Assembly: GCA_934572335.1 (NCBI GenBank)
Contig: CAKTKU010000002.1
Location: 58,945-122,944, forward strand
Length of the DNA: 64,000 nt
Source: an uncultured Oscillospiraceae bacterium
GTDB taxonomy: Bacteria; Bacillota; Clostridia; Oscillospirales; Oscillospiraceae
Direction of reading: 5' to 3'
Part shown: positions 19,400 through 29,594 of the stretch, piece after piece
Layout of the letters: every line of letters starts with the position of its first letter
Position numbering within the stretch: the first letter of the stretch is position 1
The notes under the pieces: generated by a model
What the model was told of the DNA's origin: nothing
Seen by the model: only the letters and a program-made list of their open reading frames with translations
Database searches by the model: none
Position numbers and translations under genes: made by a program

Positions 19400-20551
19400 T
19401 CAAGCGGTATGGAGCTCCTTGTACATCTCGATGGCCTTGGCAAGGTAGCTGGAATCAACGGCTGCAAGGACCGCTTCGCGGTCGGCGGCATCGCGGTTGC
19501 CGATGGCGACCTGGATGTCAAAGAACGTGCCGAACTCATTCTGGAGCCCGGTGAGACCGTTCTCCTGAACCTCGCAGAGGTTCTCATAGAAGCTGAGATC
19601 GGGGAACATGGTCATCTTCTCGCTGGCAAGAGCGGCGTCAACGGTCGTCTCGGTGCCGAACTCGTCAAGCATGACCTGGGAGAACCACTCCGCGCCCTGC
19701 TCCTGGTTGGCGTTGTCCGCGCACCACAGCAGAACCTCAAGCGCGCCCTCGAGGTACTTCACAACGGTGTCCTCGTTCGCGGCGAGCCAATCGCCCTCGG
19801 CGATGATGTTGCCGGCCATTGCGGCGTTCATGCCGCCCATGGTGTGGCAGACGGTGTAGTTGGGATCCTCTTCAAGCATGGTGGTGTAGGTGCCGGAGAC
19901 AAAGATAACGTCGGCAGAGCCGCTGGTGAAGGCCTGATAGCCCTTGTCGATATCGGAGTTGACGATGTTGACGTCGTCCTCGGTGAGGCCGAGCTTGTCG
20001 AGCATGAACATGAGGTCAGCGTCGCACACGGTGCCGCGGCCGACGAGGATGGTGAGACCCTTCCAGTCGTCAGCGGAGCCGAGAGTCTCGGGGATCTCGC
20101 CCTCAGCCGCCTTAGCAAGCGCGCTGTCGGAGCGGCAGAAGGCCTTGTTGGAGTAGTCATAGCCGGAGAGGGAGATGACCTTCATGTTGTAGGTCAGCAC
20201 GCCGGTGATCGCCGCGGGAGCGCCGATCCAGCCGATGTCCCAGTCGCCGGAGGGGTTGGCCTCGAGCTGGGGAGGACCGGAGACATAGTGGGTGCGGGTG
20301 ACGTTGAGCCCGAGCTTCTCCCAGATGCCCATCTGCTCGCCCGCGATGAGGGGAACGGCTGTCTGGACAACGTTCTGGCCGGAGGTGGGCAGGTCGACCA
20401 TCTCAACGGGGGCTTCGGCGTCGGCATTGCCGGCGTCAGCCGCGGGGGCGTCGGTCTTGGTGTCGGCTGCGGGCTGGGAAGCGGTGCTTCCGCAGGCGCA
20501 GAGTGCAAATACCATGCACAGCGCCAAAACCAGTGCTAGGATTTTTTTCAT
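19400..20551 (-). CDS. ABC transporter substrate-binding lipoprotein (NMT1/SsuA-like, NitT/TauT family)
   Basis: ORF track begins at 20587; the ATG at 20551 gives MKKILALVLALCMVFALCACG (lipobox) with an AGGAGG RBS; Ala/Asp-rich linker then SBP domain. Confidence 0.75.
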   Translation of the reverse strand: MKKILALVLALCMVFALCACGSTASQPAADTKTDAPAADAGNADAEAPVEMVDLPTSGQNVVQTAVPLIAGEQMGIWEKLGLNVTRTHYVSGPPQLEANPSGDWDIGWIGAPAAITGVLTYNMKVISLSGYDYSNKAFCRSDSALAKAAEGEIPETLGSADDWKGLTILVGRGTVCDADLMFMLDKLGLTEDDVNIVNSDIDKGYQAFTSGSADVIFVSGTYTTMLEEDPNYTVCHTMGGMNAAMAGNIIAEGDWLAANEDTVVKYLEGALEVLLWCADNANQEQGAEWFSQVMLDEFGTETTVDAALASEKMTMFPDLSFYENLCEVQENGLTGLQNEFGTFFDIQVAIGNRDAADREAVLAAVDSSYLAKAIEMYKELHTA

Positions 20552-20608
20552 TTTTGGATTCCTCCTGTTTTTTATTTCGGCGGTCAATTTTACCGCGTAC
20601 TTACTTTT

Positions 20609-21550
20609 TTATTTCTGTGCCTGAGCGTAGGCTTCGAGGAAACGTGCGCAGAAGCTTTCCGTGACGGGCTCGCCCGCGTCCCACATTGCCTCGGCGGCAG
20701 CGCCGTATACCGGCGGCGCGTTTTGCAGCACGAGGTTTGCGCCCGGTGCGCTCTTCTGCTTTATCGCCTCAAAATACTCCGGGAAGTGGCTGACTATCCC
20801 GCCGCCCGCGACGACGTTGAATCCGCCGTCAAAGCTTGTCTGCGCGGCGTAGGTCAGATCCGCCATGAGCGCCGACTGGCGCTGGAATATCTCCTCGCAG
20901 ACGCGGTCGCCCATTCTGCGTCCGGCAAACACCGCCGCGGCAAACGACGCGATATACGGTCTCCCTCCGCGGTGCACCATCGGGATGACCCGGTCGTCCA
21001 CCGGGCAGCCGAGCATTTCGCCCAGCAGCTCCTGCAGCACGGTGCGCTCTATCCTGCCGTCCGCGGCGCGCAGTGCCATGCATATGGCGTCGCGCCCGAT
21101 CTCAAACCCGCTGCCGCCGGTGTCGATCATATAGCCCTTGCCGCCGATGTGGCGGAGCGGCTGTCCCTCGCGCCGGACGAAGAGCGAAGAGCCCGTCCCG
21201 CAGACCATCCCGCAGCCGTCGGCATGCCCGAACGCGCCGGAGATGAGGTTGCAGCCGTCGTCCTCGATGCGGATGCAGCGTATATCATAGCGCCGAGAGA
21301 TCTCGTCGGAGTATATGTCTCCATTGGGGAGCGTCCCCGCGATGCCGCCGTAGAGCGTTTCGACCGCGCCCCCGGCATTCCGGTACACCGCGTCGATGTC
21401 CTCCATCAGGCGTTTTCTCGCCTCGTCGCAGCCGATGTCGGTCGGGTTGTTGCCGGGACCTACGTGACGGGCGAGGATGTTCCCCTCCGTGTCGAAGAGC
21501 ACGGTGTCGGTCTTTGTCCCGCCGCCGTCAATGGCTATACAGTACTTCAT
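20609..21550 (-). CDS. BadF/BadG/BcrA/BcrD-type ATPase, N-acetylglucosamine-kinase-like sugar kinase (ASKHA fold)
   Basis: N-terminal IDGGGTKT phosphate-1 motif, GTGS, DTGGSG; 313 aa. Confidence 0.75.
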   Translation of the reverse strand: MKYCIAIDGGGTKTDTVLFDTEGNILARHVGPGNNPTDIGCDEARKRLMEDIDAVYRNAGGAVETLYGGIAGTLPNGDIYSDEISRRYDIRCIRIEDDGCNLISGAFGHADGCGMVCGTGSSLFVRREGQPLRHIGGKGYMIDTGGSGFEIGRDAICMALRAADGRIERTVLQELLGEMLGCPVDDRVIPMVHRGGRPYIASFAAAVFAGRRMGDRVCEEIFQRQSALMADLTYAAQTSFDGGFNVVAGGGIVSHFPEYFEAIKQKSAPGANLVLQNAPPVYGAAAEAMWDAGEPVTESFCARFLEAYAQAQK

Positions 21551-21565
21551 AAAACTCCCCCGCCT

Positions 21566-22987
21566 TTATTCGAGGTCTATTTTATACTCGCCCGGTATCG
21601 CCGCGGCCTCCGCGTCGTGCAGATAGAGATGATCCATCCTGCCCGGATAGTGCGGATGTGTCTTTGTGACCTTTTCGTATGTCACGCTGCTCCTGGTCTT
21701 GTTCACATCGCTGTTGATATATTCGTCGAGGAGCCGCTTCATCTCAGATACGGTCGGGTCTGCCGCGTCATAGCACTCGTGCTCCTCGGGAATATGGTCA
21801 AAGTAGAAGTATCTGTCCTCCGCGCGGCGGTATATGAGCTTGTGCGTGCCGTCTATTATCATATATGTGCCGACGTCGCCGCAGCCGTGCTGGGAATAGA
21901 CGTACTTTCTGCCGTTCTCGCCGAAGAGATCAACGCCGTCAAACTCATCCGCGTCGTACTTCGCGCCCGCGTAGTGCAGCAGCGTCGGGGCAATGTCCAC
22001 AAGGGAGCACACATCGCCGCTTCTTCCCGGCTCCGCGCCGGGGTATTTTATCATCAGCGGAACATGGCACGAGGAATCGACCATCGTGCGCTTTCCTATC
22101 GCGCCGTAGTCGCCCATCATGTCGCCGTGATCGCTGGAAAAGACGATGAGTGTATCGTCATACATGCCCTTGTCCTTGAGCGCCTTGATTATCCGCCCGA
22201 CCTGATAGTCCACGAACGACACGCAGGCATAGTAGAAGTTCTTGCTGCGCAGAACGTCCTGACGGCTCATGTCGAGGCGTCTGCACGAGCAGCGCTCGCC
22301 GATGAGCGAAGAGAAGCGCGCAAACTCCGCCTCCTCCGGCATGAACGGCGCGGGGGGATCATCGCGGTAGAGCTTCTGCCACGGGGAGGGCGGGCAGTAG
22401 GGCGGGTGCGGATGGATGAACGAGGAGAAGAGGAACATGGGCTTGTCGGAGGAGTAGTTCTCTATATACTCAACGCTCTTGCTGCCCACCCACTGCGTCG
22501 GGTGATCCTCGGGTGCAAGCTGAGAGATCTGCGGCATGTAGTACATTTCACTGCGCATGCCGTTGTAGTCGAACACCCACGGGTATTTCGCGCGGATGAA
22601 CTCCATATACTCGTCGCCCTCGGCGGCAAGCTCCTCCTGCGAGTGGCGCTTTTCAAAGCCGATGTCGCCATAAGCGTCCCACAGATAGTGCATCTTCCCG
22701 ACGCAGCAGCTGTCATAGCCCTGCGCCGTTATGCGCGAATAGAAGCCCTCTCCGTCATAGCATTTTTCGGTGTTGTTGTTGTTGCAGCCGGTTCTGGCCG
22801 GGTACTGCCCCGAAAACAGCGACAGCCGCGCCGGGACGCACACCGGCGACGGCGTGACGCAGCTGTCAAAGCAGACGGAATCCCGCGCGAGCGCGTCGAG
22901 ATTCGGCGTCTGGATATGCGTGTTCCCGAACGCCCCGATAGTGTCATATCGCTGCTGGTCGGTAAAGAGGATCAAAATATGCTTCAT
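21566..22987 (-). CDS. Cys-type sulfatase (formylglycine-dependent, alkaline-phosphatase superfamily), no signal peptide
   Basis: Sulfatase signature CVPARLSLFSGQYPARTG (C-x-P-x-R), N-terminal ILILFTDQQRYD metal-binding region; ORF may extend to ATG at 23005, but the 22987 ATG (MKHILILF) is better placed. N-terminus is not signal-peptide-like. Confidence 0.85.
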   Translation of the reverse strand: MKHILILFTDQQRYDTIGAFGNTHIQTPNLDALARDSVCFDSCVTPSPVCVPARLSLFSGQYPARTGCNNNNTEKCYDGEGFYSRITAQGYDSCCVGKMHYLWDAYGDIGFEKRHSQEELAAEGDEYMEFIRAKYPWVFDYNGMRSEMYYMPQISQLAPEDHPTQWVGSKSVEYIENYSSDKPMFLFSSFIHPHPPYCPPSPWQKLYRDDPPAPFMPEEAEFARFSSLIGERCSCRRLDMSRQDVLRSKNFYYACVSFVDYQVGRIIKALKDKGMYDDTLIVFSSDHGDMMGDYGAIGKRTMVDSSCHVPLMIKYPGAEPGRSGDVCSLVDIAPTLLHYAGAKYDADEFDGVDLFGENGRKYVYSQHGCGDVGTYMIIDGTHKLIYRRAEDRYFYFDHIPEEHECYDAADPTVSEMKRLLDEYINSDVNKTRSSVTYEKVTKTHPHYPGRMDHLYLHDAEAAAIPGEYKIDLE

Positions 22988-23038
22988 GCTCCGCCTGTCT
23001 CCCATAGTCTAATGAATTCCAGAGTTTGTTTCGTTTTT

Positions 23039-23062
23039 CTTTCAAAACGAAAGTTGATTATT
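23039..23062. promoter_or_regulatory. perfect 9-bp inverted repeat TTTCGTTTT-N6-AAAACGAAA, candidate operator
   Basis: Seen in the divergent intergenic region between the sulfatase and DeoR genes. Confidence 0.4.
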
Positions 23063-23207
23063 GCGTTTCAAAAAGTATGTATATATAATATATTTTGCGG
23101 TCCGTTTTGTAAAGTGGCCGATTTGATGAAAAAATTGAAGTGTTTTTGTGAAAGTTACACATAGTTTTTGTGGATGTTTTAACGTTCTCCGCGGCTTTTT
23201 TCGCAAG

Positions 23208-23236
23208 TTGACAATTACGGAGAGAAACATTATAAT
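23208..23236 (+). promoter_or_regulatory. sigma-A promoter, consensus TTGACA-17-TATAAT, upstream of DeoR regulator
   Basis: TTGACA at 23208-23213, 17-nt spacer, TATAAT at 23231-23236; ATG of the regulator at 23286. Confidence 0.6.
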
Positions 23237-23285
23237 GAACAGCGTCGATTTGACCAAAAATCTGTTTAACGAAAGCTGATATATA

Positions 23286-24038
23286 ATGGGAAAAAGCATT
23301 GGAGACCGCCGACAGGAGATACTTGACCTTGTGAACCATTACGGTTCCCTCGACTTCTCTCAGCTCCGCGAGAGGTTCCCCGGCGTGTCGGACGTCACAC
23401 TGAGAAAGGACCTTCAGTTTCTTGACGACACCCGGCAGGCCATACGCACCCACGGCGGCATCAAGTCCATCCCCTCCGCGCTCAACTACTATTACCGCTC
23501 CAACGTCAACCACGTCCTGAAAAAAATGATTGCGGCAAAGGCCTCCGCCCTCATAAAGCCGGGGGATTCCATCTTCATCTCCGCCGGGACGAGCTGTGCA
23601 GAGCTTGCCCGCTGCCTCCCCGTCTTCCCGCTGAAGGTTTGCAGCGACGGGGTGTACACCGTCAGCAATATCTCCACGCTGCCGAGCATATCCGTGCAGC
23701 TGCTTGGCGGGGATGTCGATCTGAACATCATGCGTGTGGAGGGCATCTCCGCACTCGACCAGCTCGACAGCTGTCACTTCTCGCTCGCTTTCATGAGCGC
23801 GCTGTCGCTCGACCCGAACTACGGCTTTGCGCACAACAGCGCGATGACCGTCGCCATCCTTGAAAAGGTCATCGCCCATTCGGACAAAACCGCCGTCCTG
23901 CTCGACTCCACCAAGGCGCGCGGCGGCTTCTACCCGCACATGGTGCCGCTCTCCTCGGTTGATATTCTCGTCACGGACGACGCTTTTCCCCCCGCCACGG
24001 CGGAGCTTCTGCGGGAAAAGGGCATAGAGATAATCTGA
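23286..24038 (+). CDS. DeoR/GlpR-family transcriptional regulator
   Basis: N-terminal HTH (RRQEILDLVNHYGSLDFSQLRERFPGVSDVTLRKDLQFL) plus DeoR C-terminal domain; 250 aa. Confidence 0.85.
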   Translation: MGKSIGDRRQEILDLVNHYGSLDFSQLRERFPGVSDVTLRKDLQFLDDTRQAIRTHGGIKSIPSALNYYYRSNVNHVLKKMIAAKASALIKPGDSIFISAGTSCAELARCLPVFPLKVCSDGVYTVSNISTLPSISVQLLGGDVDLNIMRVEGISALDQLDSCHFSLAFMSALSLDPNYGFAHNSAMTVAILEKVIAHSDKTAVLLDSTKARGGFYPHMVPLSSVDILVTDDAFPPATAELLREKGIEII

Positions 24039-24113
24039 AATATACACGCAAAAAATCCCGGATAATGCCGAATACGAAGCATTATCCGGGAATTTGTCGT
24101 TTTCACGCACGGA

Positions 24114-25229
24114 TCAGCGTTTTCTCTTCGCGGCGATTCCCTCCGCCATTTTCCGCATACGCTCCGCGGAGTAGGCAAAGAACGCCTCATAGCAGCCGCA
24201 CCATTTGTTCACCGCGGGTATGCCGGCGTCGAGCGGCTCGCGCTCGCGGCGGCAGCCGTTTCTGCACAGGGCGTACCATCTGCACGCCCGGCACTTCTCC
24301 GGCACGGGCAGCGAGTCCGCCACAAAGCGCTCGCCCACGGGCGAGCCCGCCAATTTGAAAAACGAGCTGTCGTTTATATTGCCGAGCTTCCACTCGTCCA
24401 GCACATAGAAATCGCAGGGGTAGACGCTGCCGTCCGCCTCTATGAGGTAGTACCTGCCGCAGCGCCCGCACATCCCGCAGTTTTCCGGCTGCTGCCCGAG
24501 GAGGATGGAGAGGTAGTTGTCAAAGTTCCGTATGCTCACGGGACGTCCCGCCGCATACGCCGCGTAGTACATATCAAAGCTCTTTTTCAGAAAGCTCAGG
24601 TACTCGTCCGGCGTGAGCGAATATTCCGCCTTCGTGCCGTCCAGATGGTCAAGGCACGGGATGTACTGGATATACCCATAGCGCGCGAGGCTTTCAAAGC
24701 ACTCCTCCGGGTGGGCGGCGACGTCGGAATTGACAACGCAGAGAATGTTGAAGTCGATGCCGCGCTGCTCCAGCTTTTTCAGCGTTGCCTCCACCCGCTC
24801 CGCTGTGCCGTTCCCTGCCGCGTCCCGGCGGTATTTATCGTGCAGCGCCGCCGTGCCGTCAAACGACACGCCGAGGAGAAAATTCTCCCGCGCGAAGAAG
24901 TCCAGCAGCTCATCGCTGATATTATATCCGTTCGTCTGCAAGGAATTGTGGATCGTCAGTCCCTTGGAGTTGTAGCGCTTTTCAAGCTCAACAAGCTTCT
25001 GAAAAAAGCCAAGCCCCGCGAGCGTCGGCTCGCCGCCCTGAAAGGCAAAGGATATTTCCCTGTCCGCGTATGCCGCGGCGCGGCGCACGATGTTGTCCAG
25101 CGTCGCCTCCGACATACGCCCGAGGTCGGCGTGCTCGCGGTTTTCCGCCACGTCCGTATAAAAGCAGTAGCGGCAGCGCATATTGCACAGCGCAGACACG
25201 GGCTTTATCATTATCGACAGCGGCGGCAT
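24114..25229 (-). CDS. anaerobic sulfatase-maturating enzyme (radical SAM, SPASM domain)
   Basis: CNMRCRYC radical-SAM cluster motif near the N-terminus; two C-terminal SPASM Cys clusters (CGMCGRCGRY...PCDF and CRACRWYALCRNGC); 371 aa. Confidence 0.85.
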   Translation of the reverse strand: MPPLSIMIKPVSALCNMRCRYCFYTDVAENREHADLGRMSEATLDNIVRRAAAYADREISFAFQGGEPTLAGLGFFQKLVELEKRYNSKGLTIHNSLQTNGYNISDELLDFFARENFLLGVSFDGTAALHDKYRRDAAGNGTAERVEATLKKLEQRGIDFNILCVVNSDVAAHPEECFESLARYGYIQYIPCLDHLDGTKAEYSLTPDEYLSFLKKSFDMYYAAYAAGRPVSIRNFDNYLSILLGQQPENCGMCGRCGRYYLIEADGSVYPCDFYVLDEWKLGNINDSSFFKLAGSPVGERFVADSLPVPEKCRACRWYALCRNGCRREREPLDAGIPAVNKWCGCYEAFFAYSAERMRKMAEGIAAKRKR

Positions 25230-25242
25230 TTCGTTTCTCCTC

Positions 25243-27168
25243 TCAGCTTATTTTCAGCGTCTCCCACAGGGAGTTGACATAGTCGAGCATGGCGCTGTCG
25301 AGCGTGCGGTAGGCATACTCGTTATAGAGCGCAGCAAAGTCGTCTATCTCCGGATATAGTATATCCATTGCGTCCTCGCCCATGTCGTCGATGTACCCCT
25401 CGTCGGTATACACCGCGGAGTTGGGGGAGGCGTAGCAGATATACTCCGCGTTCGCGATCGCGGGCTCGGGCGAGAGCATATAGTTGATGAATATCTCGGC
25501 GAGCTCCTTATTCTGCGCGCAGCTTGGGATGCACATGGCGTCGATGAAGTAGTTCGTGCGCTCGGGGTAATAGAACCGGAGGTCAACGCCGTCCGCCTGC
25601 GCGTCGAGCATGGTGAAGTAGTCCCCCGCGTAGTATGCCGCTATCGCCGCCTCGCCGGACTCCATCATATTATATACCTCGTCCATGACGTAGCTCTTCA
25701 CGAGCGGGGACTGGCGCTTGAGTTCTGCGAGCGCAGCGTCCCACTCGGCGCGGTCGGTGCTGTTGACATCGAGACCGAGCTTATACTGCGCCGTGGCAAA
25801 GGCGTCGCGGGAGTTGTTGAATTGCAGTATCTCCCCGGCGTATTTGTCGTTCCACATGAGGTCCCAGTCGTCCGCGTCCGCCTGGTCGACGACCGCGGCG
25901 TTATAGATTACGCCGACAACGCCGTAGGTATACGGCACGGTGTACATATCTTCCGGGTCATAGTAAAGCCCGTGGAAGCTCTCGTCGATATTTTCGTAGT
26001 TCGGGATATTGTCAAAGTCGAGCGGGAGGAGCATGCCCTCATCCTTCATGCGCGCGATCATATAGTCCGACGGGATGACCACGTCAAAGCTCACAGCGCC
26101 GGAGGAGAGCTTTGCATACATATCCTCGTTGCTGGCAAAGGTGGTGTAGTTGACCTTGACCTTCCGGCCGTAGGTCTCCTCATACCACTGCTCGAACGCC
26201 TTGATGGTGTTGAGCGAGTCGTCCGACCCGTCGGAGATGTATTCGCCCCAGTTGTAGACGTTCAGCTGCTGCGTGCCGTTGCCCGCGAGGATGAGCACCG
26301 CGATGCCCGCCGCGGCGAGCACCACGCCGATAACACCCGCCGCCACACGCTCGGAGCGTCTGCGCTCGCGCTTGGCCTTCTTGGGCTTCGCGTCGTCGTC
26401 GACAAGGTTCGTGAGGATCAGAAGAGCGAGGATGACGAAGAATATGATGGTCGCCAGCGCGTACATCTTCGGCGTGACGGTCTTTTTCGTCATGCTGTAT
26501 ATGCGTATGGGCAGCGTTTCAAACCCGTTGCCGGAGGTGAAGTAGCTGATGACAAAGTCGTCGAGCGAGAGCGTGAACGCCATGATGAAGCCAGTGACGA
26601 CGCCCGGCATTATCTCCGGGATCTCCACCTTCATGAACGCCTGCACCGGCGTGCAGCCGAGGTCCATCGCCGCCTCCGGCAGCGCCCTGTCCATCTGGCG
26701 GAGCTTGGGCAACACCTGCAGAATGACATACGGCAGGCAGAACGTCACGTGCGCGATGAGCATCGTCCAGAAGCTCAGACTCGTCGCCGCGCCGAACAGC
26801 CGCCCCACGAACACGAACATCAGCATCAACGATATGCCGGTGATGATGTCCGGGTTTATCATGGGAATATTCGTGACGGTGTCCATCGCCGCGCGCATCG
26901 CGCGGTTGCGGAGCTTGTTTATACCCACGGCAGCCGCCGTGCCCATGACGGTGGAGATCACCGCCGCGCACAGTGCGAGCACGAGGGTGTTGCGCACCGC
27001 GCCCAGCGTCTCCGCGTCGCGGAACAGCTCCCTGTACCAGTTGAGCGAGAAGCCGGAGAACACGGAGAGGCTCTTCGCCTCATTGAACGAGAACACCAGA
27101 AGTATCGCGATGGGCGCGAAGAGGAAGAGCATTATCAGCGCCGTATATACCTTGGACATTTTTTTCAT
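25243..27168 (-). CDS. PotC-like ABC permease fused to PotD-like periplasmic substrate-binding domain
   Basis: N-terminal roughly 250 aa permease with EAA-like loop; Lys/Arg-rich linker; extra TM helix (VAAGVIGVVLAAAGIAVLILAG); then about 340 aa SBP domain. Confidence 0.75.
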   Translation of the reverse strand: MKKMSKVYTALIMLFLFAPIAILLVFSFNEAKSLSVFSGFSLNWYRELFRDAETLGAVRNTLVLALCAAVISTVMGTAAAVGINKLRNRAMRAAMDTVTNIPMINPDIITGISLMLMFVFVGRLFGAATSLSFWTMLIAHVTFCLPYVILQVLPKLRQMDRALPEAAMDLGCTPVQAFMKVEIPEIMPGVVTGFIMAFTLSLDDFVISYFTSGNGFETLPIRIYSMTKKTVTPKMYALATIIFFVILALLILTNLVDDDAKPKKAKRERRRSERVAAGVIGVVLAAAGIAVLILAGNGTQQLNVYNWGEYISDGSDDSLNTIKAFEQWYEETYGRKVKVNYTTFASNEDMYAKLSSGAVSFDVVIPSDYMIARMKDEGMLLPLDFDNIPNYENIDESFHGLYYDPEDMYTVPYTYGVVGVIYNAAVVDQADADDWDLMWNDKYAGEILQFNNSRDAFATAQYKLGLDVNSTDRAEWDAALAELKRQSPLVKSYVMDEVYNMMESGEAAIAAYYAGDYFTMLDAQADGVDLRFYYPERTNYFIDAMCIPSCAQNKELAEIFINYMLSPEPAIANAEYICYASPNSAVYTDEGYIDDMGEDAMDILYPEIDDFAALYNEYAYRTLDSAMLDYVNSLWETLKIS

Positions 27169-27184
27169 TACGCCTTGCCTCCTC

Positions 27185-28051
27185 TCACGCTGCCGTGCGC
27201 CGCGCGGCGGCGTGCTGCATCAGCGCCATGCATGCCAGCAGTATCACCATCAGTATGAACGCGATCGCCGCGGCAAAGTGCAGGTTGTTGGCAACGTACT
27301 GTCCCTCTATCGCGTCGCCGATGAGGTAGAACTTGCCGTTGCCGAGCTTCTGGGAAATATAGAACGTGGAGATGGACGGGATGAGCACCATGTTGATGCC
27401 GGAGATAACGCCCGGCAGGCTCAGCGGCCATATCACGCGGCGCAGCACACCCGCACTGTTGCAGCCGAGGTCGCGCGCCGCTTCGATGAGGCGCGTGTCC
27501 ATCTTCGCCATGATGGAGTATATCGGCAGTATCATATACGGGAAGTAGTCATACACCATGCCGATCACGACTGCCGCCTCCGTGCCGATGACATGGATGC
27601 GCCCCAGCCCCAGCGCGGAGAGAAAGCCGTTGAGAATGCCGGTGTCCTGCAAGATGGTCATCCATGCGTATGTGCGGATGAGAAAGTTCATCCACATGGG
27701 GATCATGATGAGCGTTATCATTATCTTCTGCGCTCTCGCCTCGGCGCGGGCGATGATGTACGCCATGGGGTAGCCGAGGATGAGGCAGATGAGTGTGGAG
27801 ATCACGGCGAGCTTCAGCGAGCGCAGGAAGATGACGATATATGTGCGCACCTCGCCCGCGTCCGTCGCCGAGGTCGCGGTGAAAAACCGTGCGACGTTGT
27901 CGAACGTAAAATTGAAGCTGTTGTCGGTAAAGGCGTAGTACGCCACGAAGAAAAGCGGCACCACGATGAACAGCACCGCCCACACCGAGTACGGCGCGAG
28001 AGTCAGCCGCTGGATAAGCCCCGCGCGGCGGGCATTGGCATTTGCGTTCAT
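27185..28051 (-). CDS. PotB-like ABC transporter permease
   Basis: 288 aa, 6 TM, EAA loop. Confidence 0.8.
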   Translation of the reverse strand: MNANANARRAGLIQRLTLAPYSVWAVLFIVVPLFFVAYYAFTDNSFNFTFDNVARFFTATSATDAGEVRTYIVIFLRSLKLAVISTLICLILGYPMAYIIARAEARAQKIMITLIMIPMWMNFLIRTYAWMTILQDTGILNGFLSALGLGRIHVIGTEAAVVIGMVYDYFPYMILPIYSIMAKMDTRLIEAARDLGCNSAGVLRRVIWPLSLPGVISGINMVLIPSISTFYISQKLGNGKFYLIGDAIEGQYVANNLHFAAAIAFILMVILLACMALMQHAAARRTAA

Positions 28052-29166
28052 TCTTCGCTCTCACTTTCCGCGTCGCTCAGCTCGTCGAGCTCATTGGAGA
28101 AGGACGAGTAGTCGCCGTACATGCCGGAGTATTCGGATTTCTTCATTATATGTATCGCGTCCGGCTCGATGTAGAGCCCGATATGCTCGTCCACATCCAC
28201 AAAATCCGTGGTCTGGATCATCCACTTGAAGCCGTTGATGTCCACGATTATCTCATAGTGCACGCCGAGGAACGTCACAGACGTGACGACGCCGCGCAGC
28301 ATGCCGCGCTCCTCCGGCACGATGTCCACATCCTCCGGGCGTACGACGACGTCCACCGCCTCGCGCTTTTCAAAGCCGAAGTCGACGCACTCGAACGTAT
28401 GTCCGGAAAACGCGACCTTGTAGTCCGCGAGCATAACGCCGTCGACAATGTTGCTCTCGCCGATGAAGTCCGCCACGAAGGCGTTCTGCGGCTCGTTATA
28501 TATATCAATGGGCGTGCCTATCTGCTGGATGCGTCCCTCGGACATGACGACCACGGTGTCGGACATGCTCAGCGCTTCCTCCTGGTCGTGCGTGACGAAC
28601 ACGAAGGTTATCCCCGTCGCCTTCTGTATCTTTTTCAGCTCCGCCTGCATGTCCTTTCGCAGCTTCAGGTCGAGCGCCGCCAGCGGCTCGTCCAGCAGCA
28701 GGACCTTCGGGCTGCTTATGAGCGCGCGCGCGATGGCGACGCGCTGCTGCTGTCCGCCGGAAAGGCTCGTTACGCTGCGGTTTTCAAACCCCGTCAGCGC
28801 GACCATCGCCAGCATCTCCTGCACGCGCGCGGCTATCTCCTCGCGCGCTACCTTCTTCTCTCTCAGCGGGAAGGCGACGTTTTCATAGACGTTCAGGTGC
28901 GGGAAGAGGGCGTAGCGCTGGAAAACGGTGTTGACATTGCGCTTGTAGGGCGGCACATCGTTTATTCTCTCGCCCATGAACACAACGTCGCCGCTGTCGG
29001 GCGTCTCGAACCCGCCGATGAGGCGCAGCGTCGTGGTCTTGCCGCAGCCGGAGGGACCGAGCAGCGTGATGAACTCATTGTCGTAAATGTCCAGACTGAT
29101 GTTGTCCAGCACGGTCTCTCCATCAAAGGATTTTGTGATGTTTTTCAGCTCGATGATTTTTTTCAT
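28048..29166 (-). CDS. PotA-like ABC transporter ATP-binding protein with TOBE domain
   Basis: Walker [10 protein letters not shown], signature [15 protein letters not shown], Walker [13 protein letters not shown]-loop VTHD; acidic C-terminal tail. Confidence 0.85.
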   Translation of the reverse strand: MKKIIELKNITKSFDGETVLDNISLDIYDNEFITLLGPSGCGKTTTLRLIGGFETPDSGDVVFMGERINDVPPYKRNVNTVFQRYALFPHLNVYENVAFPLREKKVAREEIAARVQEMLAMVALTGFENRSVTSLSGGQQQRVAIARALISSPKVLLLDEPLAALDLKLRKDMQAELKKIQKATGITFVFVTHDQEEALSMSDTVVVMSEGRIQQIGTPIDIYNEPQNAFVADFIGESNIVDGVMLADYKVAFSGHTFECVDFGFEKREAVDVVVRPEDVDIVPEERGMLRGVVTSVTFLGVHYEIIVDINGFKWMIQTTDFVDVDEHIGLYIEPDAIHIMKKSEYSGMYGDYSSFSNELDELSDAESESEE

Positions 29167-29188
29167 GTTCTTTCACCCCGGAAGCAAA

Positions 29189-29218
29189 AATGACGCATGC
29201 ACAATTGCATACGTCATT
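29189..29218. promoter_or_regulatory. near-perfect 30-bp palindrome AATGACGCATGCACAATTGCATACGTCATT followed by a T-run, about 20 nt upstream of the potA-like start
   Basis: Full dyad symmetry including the CAATTG centre suggests an operator. In RNA it could also fold as a hairpin plus U-tract (attenuator) immediately before the RBS. Confidence 0.4.
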
Positions 29219-29565
29219 TGTTCAGCAGGTATAGAACACCCCCGGCAAGCGTGCGCTGGGTCTCCTATCCCAATTGGTTTGAGAGTCTATATAGCAAGAA
29301 ACTACTTTTACTACTCTTATTGACCATTTCACAAGTTTGTATGCTGTGCAGCACTGGTTTATAGTAACCAACTTATAAAATTTGAGCCCTTTTGCTGAGC
29401 CCACGCGGGGAGCGCCCCGCTAAATCAATAAGGCAACAGAAGTTGCCGCCGCATTCCGCGGAAAATCGGCATTCGACCCGGCTGTCCGTGTGGCCTTGGC
29501 TGCGCTTATGGCACAGCGGTCGTCATCTTGCTTCGGATATATCGACTATCCAATTGAGATGCTTT

Positions 29566-29594
29566 ATTCTAACAACATTCTCCCTGTATGTCAA
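29566..29594 (-). promoter_or_regulatory. candidate sigma-A promoter TTGACA-17-TAGAAT at the far end of the 470-bp region upstream of the potA-like gene
   Basis: Would give an unusually long (about 390 nt) leader. Confidence 0.35.

Noticed and set aside
20723-23164. 813-aa plus-strand ORF
   Set aside because: Antisense to the BadF kinase and sulfatase genes; Arg/Ala-rich.
25822-29193. Several 380-520-aa plus-strand ORFs (25822..27258, 26549..28111, 28042..29193)
   Set aside because: All antisense to the potA/B/CD genes; compositionally spurious.
29405-29418. CGGGGAGCGCCCCG hairpin in the potA upstream region
   Set aside because: Not followed by a T-tract on either strand; insufficient to call a terminator or riboswitch element.
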